Assembly: GCF_041146345.1 (NCBI RefSeq)
Contig: NW_027191408.1
Location: forward strand, 434,001-498,000
Direction: 5' to 3'
Source: Neodothiora populina
Lineage: Eukaryota
Length of the DNA stretch: 64,000 nt
The notes below the pieces were generated by a model. That model was given only the letters and a program-made list of their open reading frames with translations, was not told the DNA's origin and did not search any database. Below, piece by piece: positions 38,295 to 50,721 of the stretch; the first letter of the stretch is position 1; every line of letters begins with the position of its first letter. The position numbers and the translations under genes were made by a program.

Positions 38295-39534
38295 AGGATG
38301 CTTGACAGCAAAAGAGATGCACTGTCGGGGAATTATTATCGAGCTCGCTGTTTTGACTGGGTATGCAAGTAACGAAGTGATCATATGACAACACATGTGC
38401 GTCGGACTATCGATCTCCTGTCTCGCGTGTGCATATGCCTCCCTCACCGGTCAAGTCACAAAAGTACTTGAAGGCAAAAACGGAGCGCACAAGCCCAGCC
38501 AAATACGCATACATTCCTCACCGGTCAACGAAAGCCTCGTCGCAAGAGCTTCATCAGACATTGGGACCGGTCAAGACAAAGCCTTACTCATAATCCTGCC
38601 ACCGTGATTCACTGTCCCCGCCGTCAAGATACAGAAAGGACATTGCATTTATTTATAGTTCAGCATTGAGTCTTGTAGTCACTACCTCAGGGTCTAATGT
38701 ACAGTATACGTCTGTGGCACATAACAAGGTGCTGGACCGGAGTAAGGGTGCACGCAGTGAACCCTCCATGTGCGCATGGCTGCATGGAGTAGGTCCCTTA
38801 CAGCATCTATATTTCTCTCCATGCACTGAGTAGAGCAGTAGAGCAGACTCAGGCAGAACAGAGGCGCGCGGATCTCTCTACTCACGAACGCATAAGGCAG
38901 CCTGGGATAGCCGAGACATAGGGGGGCCAAGTCAATGAGACCTCCCCGGCAGATTGTTCAATCACTCCCGTCCTCCTATGCGGGTCGCTCGGTCACTTCT
39001 CGCGTTGATTAATTAAGAAACCCACCTCACTCACTTCGTCGATCACTTCATGGGGCTAGCTAGTAGTAGACCATTATATCAATTGCTGAAGTTCACATTG
39101 CCTACTTGATGAGGTTAACGTGAAAGGAAATAAGATGAAAGAATAGCAAGAAATGCGCCTGCTCGCTCGCTCGCTGACTTGCTGAACTCGCTGGAACTCG
39201 CCGAAACTCTGATGTTGCTTGCAGAGGGGTATATAACTACATGACCATAATGCGAAGATCAAAGACTCGAAAACAAGGTGAATTCTGGAAGAAGAGGGAT
39301 GACATAAGATCCAAAGTCTGGGAACGTAGGAAAAAGTCCAAAGTGACTGCTATGCAAGTAATGAGGAAGAAAAAGAAAAAGCCAGCAGCAGCAATCGTCG
39401 TTGTGCAAGAAAAGACAAAAGGGGGTATTCAGCGACGGTCAAATCACATAAGAATAAAAACAAAGTATAGGACCCGCGTGTACTCTTCTCAAGTTCTGTA
39501 GAAACAGCAACCACAGGGTCTCGTCCGGCAGTGC

Positions 39535-41547
39535 TTACGGATGTCGAGGCGTGCTGTCACCCCACTGATAACTGCCGTAGCCGTCTGAGCCACCTGGCGC
39601 AGGACCAGTAGCTGCACCGGAGTAGACAGACCTCCGCCTTGCCTCTCTTTGTTCTCGTCCCGGGTCGTAGTCATGATGTATCACATTCGCAGTAGTGTTG
39701 CTCGTGCTGTTCCTGCCCGAACCCGATCCCGGACCCGCTGTGGACTGACGGTTGCCACCGCCACCATGGAATCCATTCTGATCGGTTGCTGATCGTTGGC
39801 GTCCGCCGGCGCCACCGCCGCCGTATCGTCGGTTCTCGTCGAAGGAGTCGAACGAGGGTATGTTGGATGCGTAATACTCTCGTGGCACTTCGCTGATGTT
39901 CGCACCTTCGGATTTGATATATGGGCTCCTGATCGACCCCTGAGTGTTCATCGGAGGTGATGTACCTGACATTGCGTATCCTGACCGTCCACCACTCATG
40001 GACGATCTTTGCTGTCTCTGACTGCTGCTAAGAGGAGGCATATCCATTGCATTCACTGGTGTGTTGGAAAAGCTCGAGACTGTTGGAGTTGTCGAGTTTG
40101 ATCGTCCGTTACGCGCGGCATTGTTCGTGCTGTAATCATGATCGCGGTCCGCGAAAATCTTCCCGGTCCCTTCACGTCCTGTATATGGCTGCCGTTCCCG
40201 TTCCAGTGGCATTTTCGTGGTACGCATATCCTCGTTAGCCGTGGATGTCGACGAGGCAGAAGGTACAGAACTACTGGGAGTACTTGAGTAGGGATTACGC
40301 TCGCGCTCGACAAAAGCCGTGTTCAGTGTGGGAGGTTGCGCTGATGGTGGTGGGGGAGGAGGCATTGGATTGCTGGTGCGTAATTGCAGGTTACGATCAG
40401 CAGAAATCGTTAGCCACAGCTTCTGCTGCGAAGCACGATCTTCGTCTCGGGGAAATAACCGACGAGACAACTCTTTGGGGAAGCGTTCCGTACGACAATC
40501 GGCGTTGCTGATAGGCATCTTGAGCACCGATTTGCCCAGGCGATTGAACTCTCTATCAGGATACGCTTGTATCAAGGTCGTAAAGAACGTCGCGAAACCA
40601 CGTGGCGTCAGACCGGGGATCGTTGGGTCATCGTTGAGGGTCAATTGAGTCAAGTGGTGCTCGCAACCCAATCCACGATACATGCGAGAGATGGAAACAT
40701 TTGTGCACTTCCCACCAAAGACGTCCTGGAAAGGATAGGTTTCATCTGGCTGTCGCATTTCCCGGAAGAACCGCAGCATCTTGCCCGGGGTGACGATAAG
40801 GCTGTTTCGAGGCTCAAAGTCATCTATCATATGAACGGCAAGACCGCGCAAGAACTGGCCCAGTCTTGCAGTAGGTCGCCCATTCTCGAAGAGCGGTTGC
40901 CACGCCTTCTCCAAAATCGTAGCGTCGTTCATTGGATTAGACGGCCGTGAAGGCATAGGTCTCGTCCAGGAACTGTCGCCACGAGAAGGTGAGGCATCGC
41001 TTTCGCGACGTCTAGCTTTCCTTCCAGCATCTTCACTAGCATGAGAAGACGTTTCAGAGAGCATGATAGGCTCTGGAGAGGCGGGATGGTAGTCATGATC
41101 TAGAGGATCAAAGAAGTCCGTGGGAGAGGGAGGTGCAGACCGTTGATGTGTAGAATCATCCGGCGTATGACGATTTCCCTTGACACCCGTAGACTGATGC
41201 TGAGGAGGCGGAGGTGGACTGGCATCAAAAGAATTGGTAGGAAGACCCTTGGTCTTAAACGCATTGAGTACATTCTGGGTCACTTGCTCTGAAATATGTG
41301 CAATGAGATCAGGATCAACCTGATTCGAAGCGCCAGTGTTCTTGACAGCAGATTGAATTGTGTCGTGCAATGGCGGACCTGCGCTTGCATTGTTGACCTT
41401 TGCCGTGGGGTTGGCACGTGGGCTCCTCGGCAGTCTGCCGTCTGCCTCGCCGAAATAGACAGAAGATCTCTGTGATGAGCGCCTGGAGTCATATCTCTCT
41501 GAGTAAGGAGATTCGTCCCTCGAAGGGCTGTAATCGTCTGCAGTCAT
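39535..41547 (-). CDS. Conserved fungal protein with DUF7514-like domain and disordered flanks
   Basis: About 670 codons; WQPLFENGRPTARLGQFLRGLA...PTIPGLTPRGF...ERFPKELSRRLFP; start uncertain. Confidence 0.8.
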   Translation of the reverse strand: MTADDYSPSRDESPYSERYDSRRSSQRSSVYFGEADGRLPRSPRANPTAKVNNASAGPPLHDTIQSAVKNTGASNQVDPDLIAHISEQVTQNVLNAFKTKGLPTNSFDASPPPPPQHQSTGVKGNRHTPDDSTHQRSAPPSPTDFFDPLDHDYHPASPEPIMLSETSSHASEDAGRKARRRESDASPSRGDSSWTRPMPSRPSNPMNDATILEKAWQPLFENGRPTARLGQFLRGLAVHMIDDFEPRNSLIVTPGKMLRFFREMRQPDETYPFQDVFGGKCTNVSISRMYRGLGCEHHLTQLTLNDDPTIPGLTPRGFATFFTTLIQAYPDREFNRLGKSVLKMPISNADCRTERFPKELSRRLFPRDEDRASQQKLWLTISADRNLQLRTSNPMPPPPPPSAQPPTLNTAFVERERNPYSSTPSSSVPSASSTSTANEDMRTTKMPLERERQPYTGREGTGKIFADRDHDYSTNNAARNGRSNSTTPTVSSFSNTPVNAMDMPPLSSSQRQQRSSMSGGRSGYAMSGTSPPMNTQGSIRSPYIKSEGANISEVPREYYASNIPSFDSFDENRRYGGGGAGGRQRSATDQNGFHGGGGNRQSTAGPGSGSGRNSTSNTTANVIHHDYDPGREQREARRRSVYSGAATGPAPGGSDGYGSYQWGDSTPRHP

Positions 41548-44500
41548 AATCGAAGTGGATCTCAATCAGACCTAAGCGCACAAGGCGAATTCCTGGCGCA
41601 GCCCAGTCCTTCTTGCCTTGTGCTGTGCAGATAGAGGAGTAGCTACCTATTCAGTAGCCAAATTGTTGCCTAAGAATTAACCCAGCTGTCGAACAATCAA
41701 GGACTATATCATCAGACCAGATTGAGACCGGTCAAGAAAGGGTACCAAGCAAGTGACAAAGGCCCTTGAAGGGCGCAATGCAGCCTCGTTTTGTTCGATG
41801 CGTGGCAGGGCTGGTGGGTGTGTGGGTCGCAAGATTCCCTGAGTGCTTCATAACACCTTAGTCCGACGGAGCAGGAGGCCCTCACCTAGATCCGACGTCA
41901 GTCTATGCTATCGCATGAGGTATGGTGTTAGAAAACCAGGCAGACTCCAAGCTTCAAGTTTACGATAAACGTCATGGCGCGACAACCTGCGAGCCGAGGC
42001 GGGAGGCGACCAACCAAACATCGAGAATCCGAATCCTTGATCATGCCCATCAAAGCAGCCAATGATGACCTGACATGGCCAAACCAGCGGAGTTGTCGTT
42101 ATGTCCGCTGCATCATGGCGATTACTGGACGACAGAACCCCATAGCAAAGAACATAAAAAGATACTGTACGGGTAGGTAGCGATTGTTCTGCGATACGGA
42201 ACCTCCACCACTATCATGAAACCTTCTCCACCATTCACAGCTTCGCACCCTTTCAAGTATGCTACACGCCTGTTTCGAAAGGTTGCCTCGCCGTGTGCTT
42301 CATTTGCATCTGTGGACTAGTAATTGTGAATTGGCGACTGGTTTTCTCCAAGGCTTGCGCTTGATTTTCACAATTGCTTCAGTTGCAAGTTTCGTACTCT
42401 TGCATCAGGCAGAGTAATAAGATAGAATTGCTAGTGCTCAGTTTGTGACTAGGTCAGAATAGGAATTACCTGGAAACAGTGTGCTGTATATTCTGCTTCT
42501 CCTAGGCATTGCAAATTAGGTAAAGACTAATGAATAGATAGATTTCTGCACTGCCTCATGTGTAGCAGCAATCGAACTACTGTCGTATCTCTTGACTAGG
42601 TAGTTTTCAGAAATGCTAAGTAAGGTAGTGTCACAGGCGTTTCGAGACACGTAGTTAGTGATATTTGTAGAAAGTCGGCTCGCGAACTCAGCGCCAATGA
42701 TGCTCGGAGCGCTTCACCGGTTCATGGCTCCGGGGTAGATCTGAATCGGTTTCGAATCGTGACTGCATAAAGTACCTTACTAAGGTAATATACGGTGGGT
42801 AGCGGTCTGGTCGTGGATGACGTGTACATCATGTATATCACTCAATCTTCTAGCTGAATTACTTTCTAGATATGTGGAGAGCAGTAAACATCCCTTCTCC
42901 ACAAACGACGATCCAGTCATAAGTGAGGTAGTCAGGATGTCCTGAGCATACTCCGAATGCATAGAAGAGACGACACGACGTGAATAGACTCCCTCGCTAC
43001 TAGCGGAGAGAGAACTCGAGACCACTCGATCAAGTCCTTGCGATCCCTAACAAATATCACAAAGACCCAGCTTCGCGTTCGAAGGACAATTCTTTGACCG
43101 ACTTTGCATCCACCATGATTGGCCAAGTATCGAGGCTGCTTATTCGCGAGCCTGCCAAGCCCTAGGTATTGAGTTTGCCACTGCCACAAGGGTCAGTTGA
43201 ATAGTGCTACTGTGGAGTACGCGAATACTGAATACTTCTATGATCTTTAGTCCGAATCAAAGTACGACTTGAGTATTCGGAAAAGACTCCTTGGGATGTG
43301 GTCAAGGCGAAGGATGAAATAGTGTTGTGACATGACAAAGCAGCATACCTGGTGGTATTTGACGCTCGCCGATGCAGGGCGCGCTACTTGTTCTTTGTAC
43401 CTTGCCTTGGCCAAGAACCATGGACGTTGTCGAGGTTCGCTGAAGCACTGGTGAAACGACAACGCTGATGCGCGCCACGCTGGAGACAAAGTCTAAATGT
43501 AGCTACAGTACAGTTGTAAGGTGCCTTAGGCAAGGTATGCAATTATGAAGCTGTAGTGATGCAGCACAGCGCCAGCTTCATGATCTGCTGAAACGGTGCT
43601 CCACATCCCGAACCCTCTCTGTGTTGCCCTTTACAATTTGCTCAGAGGGCGCACCCACGAACAGTGAATGCCTCTCTCAAACACTCCACAGCCTGTTTCT
43701 TTGTTCTTGCAACACCTCACGCTTGATTGGCTCGAGCGGGCTGGAAGAAACTGGCTGATCAGATAGATCGTTAATGGGGCTGATCCGGTCGCGTCAGGCT
43801 TAAACCCTGAGCCCCAGAGCACAATAATCCCTTAGATCCCTTAGAGGTCCCCCACCGTCGTCCCGTCCACAGTTCTTGTGCAGCAACCCGAATATCCGGA
43901 GATAGCCACTGATGCTAGACTGAATGTTCCCATTTCCGAGTTTCATCGCCTGCAAATCATCCACATATTTGGCAACTTGCTGGAGAAGGAGAGTCTTGGC
44001 TTGCTCACTGTGTCTCAAATTGGTGGTGATCGGACAGCCCAGCCGTCACATAATATCAGTAGCTGCCGCCGCTTCAACAAGTACCTTAGCACTTTAATAC
44101 GGTGTAGGGGGTCGCACAACTGGTCGCGAAGGCCTGGAGGTTTGCAGAACAAGTCATACTCATATTGACCGACACAGCACGCGGGAGGCGATATTCTGTC
44201 TAGACCTTGCTGTAATACCGCCCGTTAGTCAGGTGCACCAACAGACTTTTGGTTTGTTGTGTTCGGGAGAGCGCCGGCGATACCTTTAATTTTATCAATC
44301 AGGTCAAAGAGAGTTGGATCCGGTGCATGCCTCACCTGGAAACAGACGCATCTGCTGCCATCACAATGAAGAGGTAAAAATAAAAATAAAAATCACCAGG
44401 GTCACACACTCGACAACAAAGGCCTGTGGCGCAGGATCCCTCGTGGACTAGACAAGATCAGTCCTCACGCATCCTACCCCTTACGGCCGACTCGTAGCTC

Positions 44501-44601
44501 TATCCAGTAGTGGACTATAGCCATTTAGCGCGACCTAGACCTAGACCACGAGCGATACCAAATAGCTCGGCAACAAAGACCATCCAAGGTCGTCGAGTGT
44601 C

Positions 44602-47600
44602 ATGGCAATGCTTGCCTCGAAACCCTCGTTCCCAGCAAGCATGGGAGGAGTCGTGCACAACGTTCAGTATCAAAGCAGTAATATGGCCTACCGAGCACCA
44701 ATGTCCGGATCAAATCCATCTCAGGGCGCATCATACGCCAGCCCAACCGAGTCAGAGTTCTCAGATTCATCGAGGATGTCGGAGTCGGTCAGGTATGTAG
44801 AGCCAAAGGCATACCATACATACATAGCCCTCGACTGACCAGAACACACAGAAGCTGGGATGAAAACAGGGTGGCAGAATGGCTCATCAGTATTAATTGC
44901 AGCCAGTATGTGGCCACTTTCAGAGGTATGTCTCTCCTATGGTCATACTCGTGCAACTCACTTCTTGCCATTGCTTCAGGAAATGTAACTTCTCGCCACA
45001 ACATCACCTGAGACTGACACATGCGACTCGCAAACAGAAAACAACATCACTGGAGAGAACTTGATGGACATGGACCACGCGACACTCAAAGAGATGGGGG
45101 TAAACAAAGTCGGCGACAGAGTCAGGATCGGAGCGCAGGTCAAGCAGTTCAGGAACTCAATGTACCGGGGGACATCCAAGCGCAGCGTGAATCGCAACTC
45201 TCTCGCCATCTTGGACAGCAATGCGCAAACCAACACCTTCTCCTCAAATACCAACCCCAACTCGTCTCCTCGAGCCCTCCATTCAGCACGATCGACCAAC
45301 ACCTCTCGTGCGGACAAACGCCTCTCACGCCGCGTCGATGGCCCAGACTATGCCTACAATGCCCTGTCTGGGAAGACAGGCTCTCGTCCAAACTCTCCAA
45401 TGGTCGACCAGGAGAACTGGGCACGTGCACAACGCTATGTTGGTGCAGGCACCGGAGCAGGGATGAGCCCGATGGAGAACACGAAGAAGGAGCAAAGTCC
45501 CTCATATTTCGGCCAGTCCAGATCCAAGGATGCGCAGGCGGCGCGCTTCGCTGGACACATCAGGTCGAGCCCCAGTGTCGACAATCTTCACACCTACAGC
45601 ACTCTGCCGGCAGATAAGGCTGTCATCCGTGTCATTTACGACAAGGGCACTTCCTCAGTCATCAATATCGAGGGCTGTACGACTGCTGACGATGTCATAC
45701 TCAAGACGCTGAAGAAGGGCCAGCTGAACGAGGCCCATCTCAAAAGTTACTGCTTCTACATCCTGGACGGCGTCAAGCCCGAATCCAAGTTCTGTCGGCG
45801 CTTGAACGAGACAGAACTGATGCGCATCTGCACCGACAGAATGCGCGGTGAGCGTGCACGCCTGATGCTGCGCAAAATCCATGCAGGTGAGCCGGACGGC
45901 GAGCAACTCCGCATCGCTGCTCGCATCGCCGAAGTCGAGATGCCCGCTCCTCCAGCCATCGAGGTGCAACAGCCCATCAACAAGAAGAGTAAGAGTCAGC
46001 TGAAGATAGAGAAGCTGATCGGGGAGCCGCTTGCCGCCGTGGCCTATCCCATGTCTCCTGCGTCGGCGTTGGAACGAGAACGATCGAACTACTTTGCTGC
46101 TCAACCTGCTTCGTCAGCTTCGTCAATCACAAGCGCTCGTGCCCGCAAGTTGAAAGACTTCTATGGCGCTCGACCGCCCACAGAGCTCATCACTCAAGAT
46201 CTCACCTCTTACTTCCCAGACGTCGAGAAGGAAGAGATGGATAAGACGGTCCGTATGTCCATCCGAAGATCGAACAGGCTCAGCAAGGCCGTCAGTCGTC
46301 TCAGCACCGTCAGCAATTTCAGCGTCGCTTCCAGTCTGAGGGACGCGCCTCCGCTGCCCACAATCGCCGATACCTGGCTCAAAGACTTGCCCAGTCAGAA
46401 CAAGGGCCTACGACCTTTGTCTGTCATCCGCCTGAGTAATAACCCACCCTCAACCGCATATCGCGATTCCATCACATCCTCTGTGCTGGAACGACTGGAC
46501 GAGGAGTCGCCTCTTGAGCCGAACCGGAAGTCGTATGTCTCCTTTGGTGCTGACAGTGGTGGCTCAAATTCGAACGATGGATCCAATCCTCTTGCCGTAA
46601 CGGACCCTGACGGCAACACAATCATGCAGAGTTACTTTGACGACACAGGTAGCACGAGCCCGGCTGCCACAGAAGCAGGTGGATCACTGAACTCCCGACT
46701 CGGCCAAGCTATCGCCGAGGACGGTGAAGAATCCGATGAAGAGCTCATGGAGCACCTTGTCGCCGACTCTTGGGAGAATCTAAAATACATGAAAGGTGCA
46801 ATGATTGGACAAGGTTCCTTCGGAACCGTCTATCTCGCTCTACACGCCATCACTGGCGAACTCATGGCACTAAAACAAGTCGAGATGCCATCAAATTCGG
46901 GCATCCACTTAGACGCCAAGAAGAACAACATGATAGAAGCTCTGAAGCGTGAGATTGGCCTTCTTCGCGAGCTCAAGCATCCCAACATTGTTCAATATCT
47001 TGGATCGAATTCTGACGAGAGCCATCTCAACATTTTCCTCGAGTACGTCGCAGGAGGCTCCGTTGCCACCATGCTTGTCAATTACGGATCGCTTGGAGAA
47101 GCACTCATCTCGAACTTTGTTCGCCAGATTCTGACCGGTCTCGCTTACCTCCATTCCCAAGATATCATTCACAGAGATATCAAGGGTGCAAACATTCTTG
47201 TCGACAATCATGGTAGCGTCAAGATCTCTGACTTCGGCATCTCTAAGCGCGTCGAAGCAAGCAGTCTCCTACAAGGTCCTAGTCAAGGCGGCGGCAAGCG
47301 TGGCGGTCCTCGTGTTTCTATGCAGGGTTCAGTCTTCTGGATGGCCCCAGAGGTGGTGCGGCAGACTGCCTACACCCGCAAAGCGGATATTTGGTCCTTG
47401 GGCTGCCTTATCGTGGAGATGTTCACAGGTAGCCACCCGCATCCCAACTGCACCCAGTTGCAGGCCATCTTCAAGATCGGCAGTGCAGAGCGACCAAACG
47501 ATGCTCGACCCGAAATGCCGGATAATTGCAGTCCCGAGGCTGTGGCTTTCTTGGAGAAGACCTTCGAGATCGAGCACGAGAAACGCCCGTCTGCAGAAGA

Positions 47601-47637
47601 ACTGCTCACTTATCCCTTCTGTGCCCCGAAGGCTTGA
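44602..47637 (+). CDS. STE11: MAP kinase kinase kinase Ste11/SteC (SAM, Ras-association and kinase domains), 3 exons
   Basis: SAM WDENRVAEWL...LKEMGVNKVGDRVRI; GQGSFGTV, HRDIKGAN, DFG, GSVFWMAPE. Confidence 0.96.
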
Positions 47638-48552
47638 GTTTATGAATGCTCGCAATGTCTTTTGGACACAAAGCGTGTTAATGATGATCCAAGATCAATG
47701 TCTAAATATTCACTGGACTCGGAGATGTACTAGGCGACACGAATGTCTGCCACATCGATTGCTCATACGCTCAGCCGAACTAACTGGTCGGGTTACAGGC
47801 AATCTTGTGTGAAAACTGTGTGTCACATGTTCAAAGCGATGGAGCTGGCGGCGTCATTGCATTACGTATCGTGACTTGGGACTGCGTCAACAGAACAAGC
47901 CATTGCTTTCATGGTCTCCTGCAAATGCCTGCTCTGTAGTGCTATCTGGAGATGAAGGATATATAATCGCGCTTTTTGTCCAGATCTGTGTACGGGAAAG
48001 GAACCCTCTTACCATCCGTCTGTCTTATGTACTGTACCAATACCCTAGCATTTGTTTTTAGTAGCCGGTTAGTCATGGCGATCATACGAACAGTCTATGA
48101 TCGTGCTGTATAATTATTATCAAATTAGAGGTTAGCAATACTTGACATGTTTGTTCATAATGACTGCTCCTAGTCAGAGAGCACTGCACCAGTCTTTTAA
48201 CCAATCTGGACAGGTCAGATCAGAGGAAGTGCGCCGCAATAATGCAAGATGTTCCACCCGCACATGAAGCTGCACCCCGTGTCTGTATGGGAGTTTGCAC
48301 CAGACCACCTTGCTGGTAATCCAGCGTCTTAGAAATCGATCACCTTGAGTCGCTCCTTCATGAATCTAATGTCCATGCGGGGCAGGCTCGCCAACACCAT
48401 CTCGAAGTGAGTCACCTAACCTCACGCACAAACGAACGCCATCACCTGAAGTCATGTACCAAACCAGTCCTTGCAAACCCTTTACATCGCACCATATCCA
48501 CAAAACCAAAGCTACAACCACACCCTACTACTTTACTCCCCTCCACTACACC

Positions 48553-49151
48553 ATGACGTCCCAAGGCGGAACCTCGGACCTCTCGAACCTCATCCGCACA
48601 ATGAGACCCACTCTACACCCCTCAACCTTTATCTTCTGCCACATCCTCTCCTCGCCCAGCTCCACCTCCAGACCCCAAGCCCCCCACCTCCCATCTCTCC
48701 CCACAAACCTAGAGATCCAGTGTCTCTTCCGCGAAGCAGAGGGGTGGACATTAATCGCCACCGAGGCCTCACTACAGCGCAGCCTCGAGGCCGAGACGGA
48801 AGGTAGTCTGGAGGCGATAAGAGAGCAAGTAGACGACGCGAGCAATCGCTGGTGCATGATTACGCTCAACGTGCATTCGAGTCTGTTGGCCGTGGGGTTC
48901 ATCGCTGCTGTAGCGCAGAGGCTGAAGATGAGTGGTATGAGCTTACTCCTTTTCTTACTGCTTTTTTTGTTGGGTGTGGGCTTTTTTCTGCTGCGCGGTG
49001 TTGTTCATATATACCTATTTGAGCTGACTACAATGTAGGAATCCCAAGTAATGTCATCGCGGGGTACTTCCACGACCACATCTTCGTGCCCGAAGGTAAA
49101 GTGAGGGATACGATGGTTGCTCTTGAGGCGATGAGTCGGGAGCAGTCCTAG
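48553..49151 (+). CDS. ACT-domain protein (DUF2241/ACT_7-like); intron 48935-49038
   Basis: LIRTMRPTLHP, LFREAEGWTLI, ITLNVHSSLLAVGF, GIPSNVIAGYFHDHIFVP. Confidence 0.88.
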
Positions 49152-50721
49152 ATCTGGCTTCAGTCTTTCGATGTTCAACGCTGACATTGTGAGGTTGGAG
49201 AGGTTGGCATGGATGGACTTGTGGGTTTGAGGTAATCACGTTTTGCTTTGCTTTGTTACTTGCAGGTTACCTATCAGCTGAGTGGGAGACTGCTGGAGGC
49301 GGTCCGCTCAGCATTTACGTATCAATACATGTGGTAAGAACTGCTTTCAGGAGACTTGATCTAGTAGAGGGGGTTCAGCACGATTCATGAATCACATTGC
49401 GTAGGAAAGAGCAAGTCACTGTCGACTTCGTAAGCGTTTGGACGGGGCCAGAACGGCAGGTGTGCCCCTCACACCACATGTATCAACCGGGCAAGAAGGA
49501 TTAGTTCAGCACTGGACTTTGGAAACATCATACATAAGAAAGTGCTTGGTTAGCATTGGCATAAATTGAATTCAAGAGAAAATGGATGTGGAAAGGTGAG
49601 ATTGTCAGCTAAGTACAGCATTTGTTCCCGGCCACACCCAGAGAGCCACGATGAGGACCTGTCTGGGCCGAAAAGGTCCACGCAAAACCTCGCTTTTGCT
49701 TGTTTTGTATCATCATTCAGAGTCCACAAGAATAACTTCAGAGGCGTCGCTCGAAGCGACGTCTAATAGTAACCAACCCAAAATCCAAAGGACAAGGATT
49801 CTTCCAACGGCTTGCACTCAAGCCATATAACATCAAACGCTCGTTACCAGTCAGCAGCTGTCCGTGGTCTCCGCCGCGCCCGCGAAAAAGTTCAGCAAGG
49901 GCAGGGCTGCTCCGAGGTCCGGGTCGCAGATCTTGTTGAAAAACAAAACATCTGCGATACAACGCAGACTCACGGGAGACAATCACATTGTAGACAGGCG
50001 AATGAGCGAGTCATACCCCATATGTCCGGCTCGTGCTGTCGCATCAACCCTTCCAGTTACACAGTGCATCTATTGGTCTGCCTTGAAACAACAGTCTGGC
50101 ATCGACTCATGCCATTGCAGTCCGGGCAAGCCACGGGACTGACGCGGATCATGAGACGGACAGAAAGGTAAGGATCGCCCAGAAAGGTATCTGCGAAAGG
50201 AAGGGAGGAAACAGTAGAGGAACAGGAGGGATGGGGCGAAAAGTACCGAAACATTACCAAAGTCGAAACTCCAATCCATCCAGGCGGCTTCAAAACGGCT
50301 TCTCACACACATGCGAGAGGTGGACGACAGGGCATCACGACCTCCTGAAGGGTAAGAAACCAAAAAGGCGAATGGAGAGTTTCAAAGCAACGCTTGCAAT
50401 GCCGAAGCAGAGCACAACACAGTGGCGTCCGTATCATCAAAACAAAAGTCGACCTTTTGTAACATTATGTTGCATGCGCTGATCAGTACGAATACTGATC
50501 GACATGTTCTAGAATCGAGGAGCGATCGCGCCCAAGGGCGGAAAGCATCAACTCAATAGTGAAGAAAACCATCACCATATAAAGGACTGAGCATATTTAA
50601 AGTCTTCATTGCAGGTGTCGACATCGGGCACTTGAATCCCGCAATAGACTTCAGTAGGCTCAAGCTGCAGACCAGAGTCTAAAGGTCATTTGTGGGCTTG
50701 ATCGCGAGGTGTGCATGGCGA

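Noticed and set aside
42680..42770. TTCGAATC resembling a tRNA T-loop
   Set aside because: No acceptor stem, A-box or cloverleaf can be built.
48553..49151. Recent horizontal transfer of the bacterial-like DUF2241 gene
   Set aside because: It has a spliceosomal intron and the family is known in many fungi; no phylogeny is available to support recent transfer.
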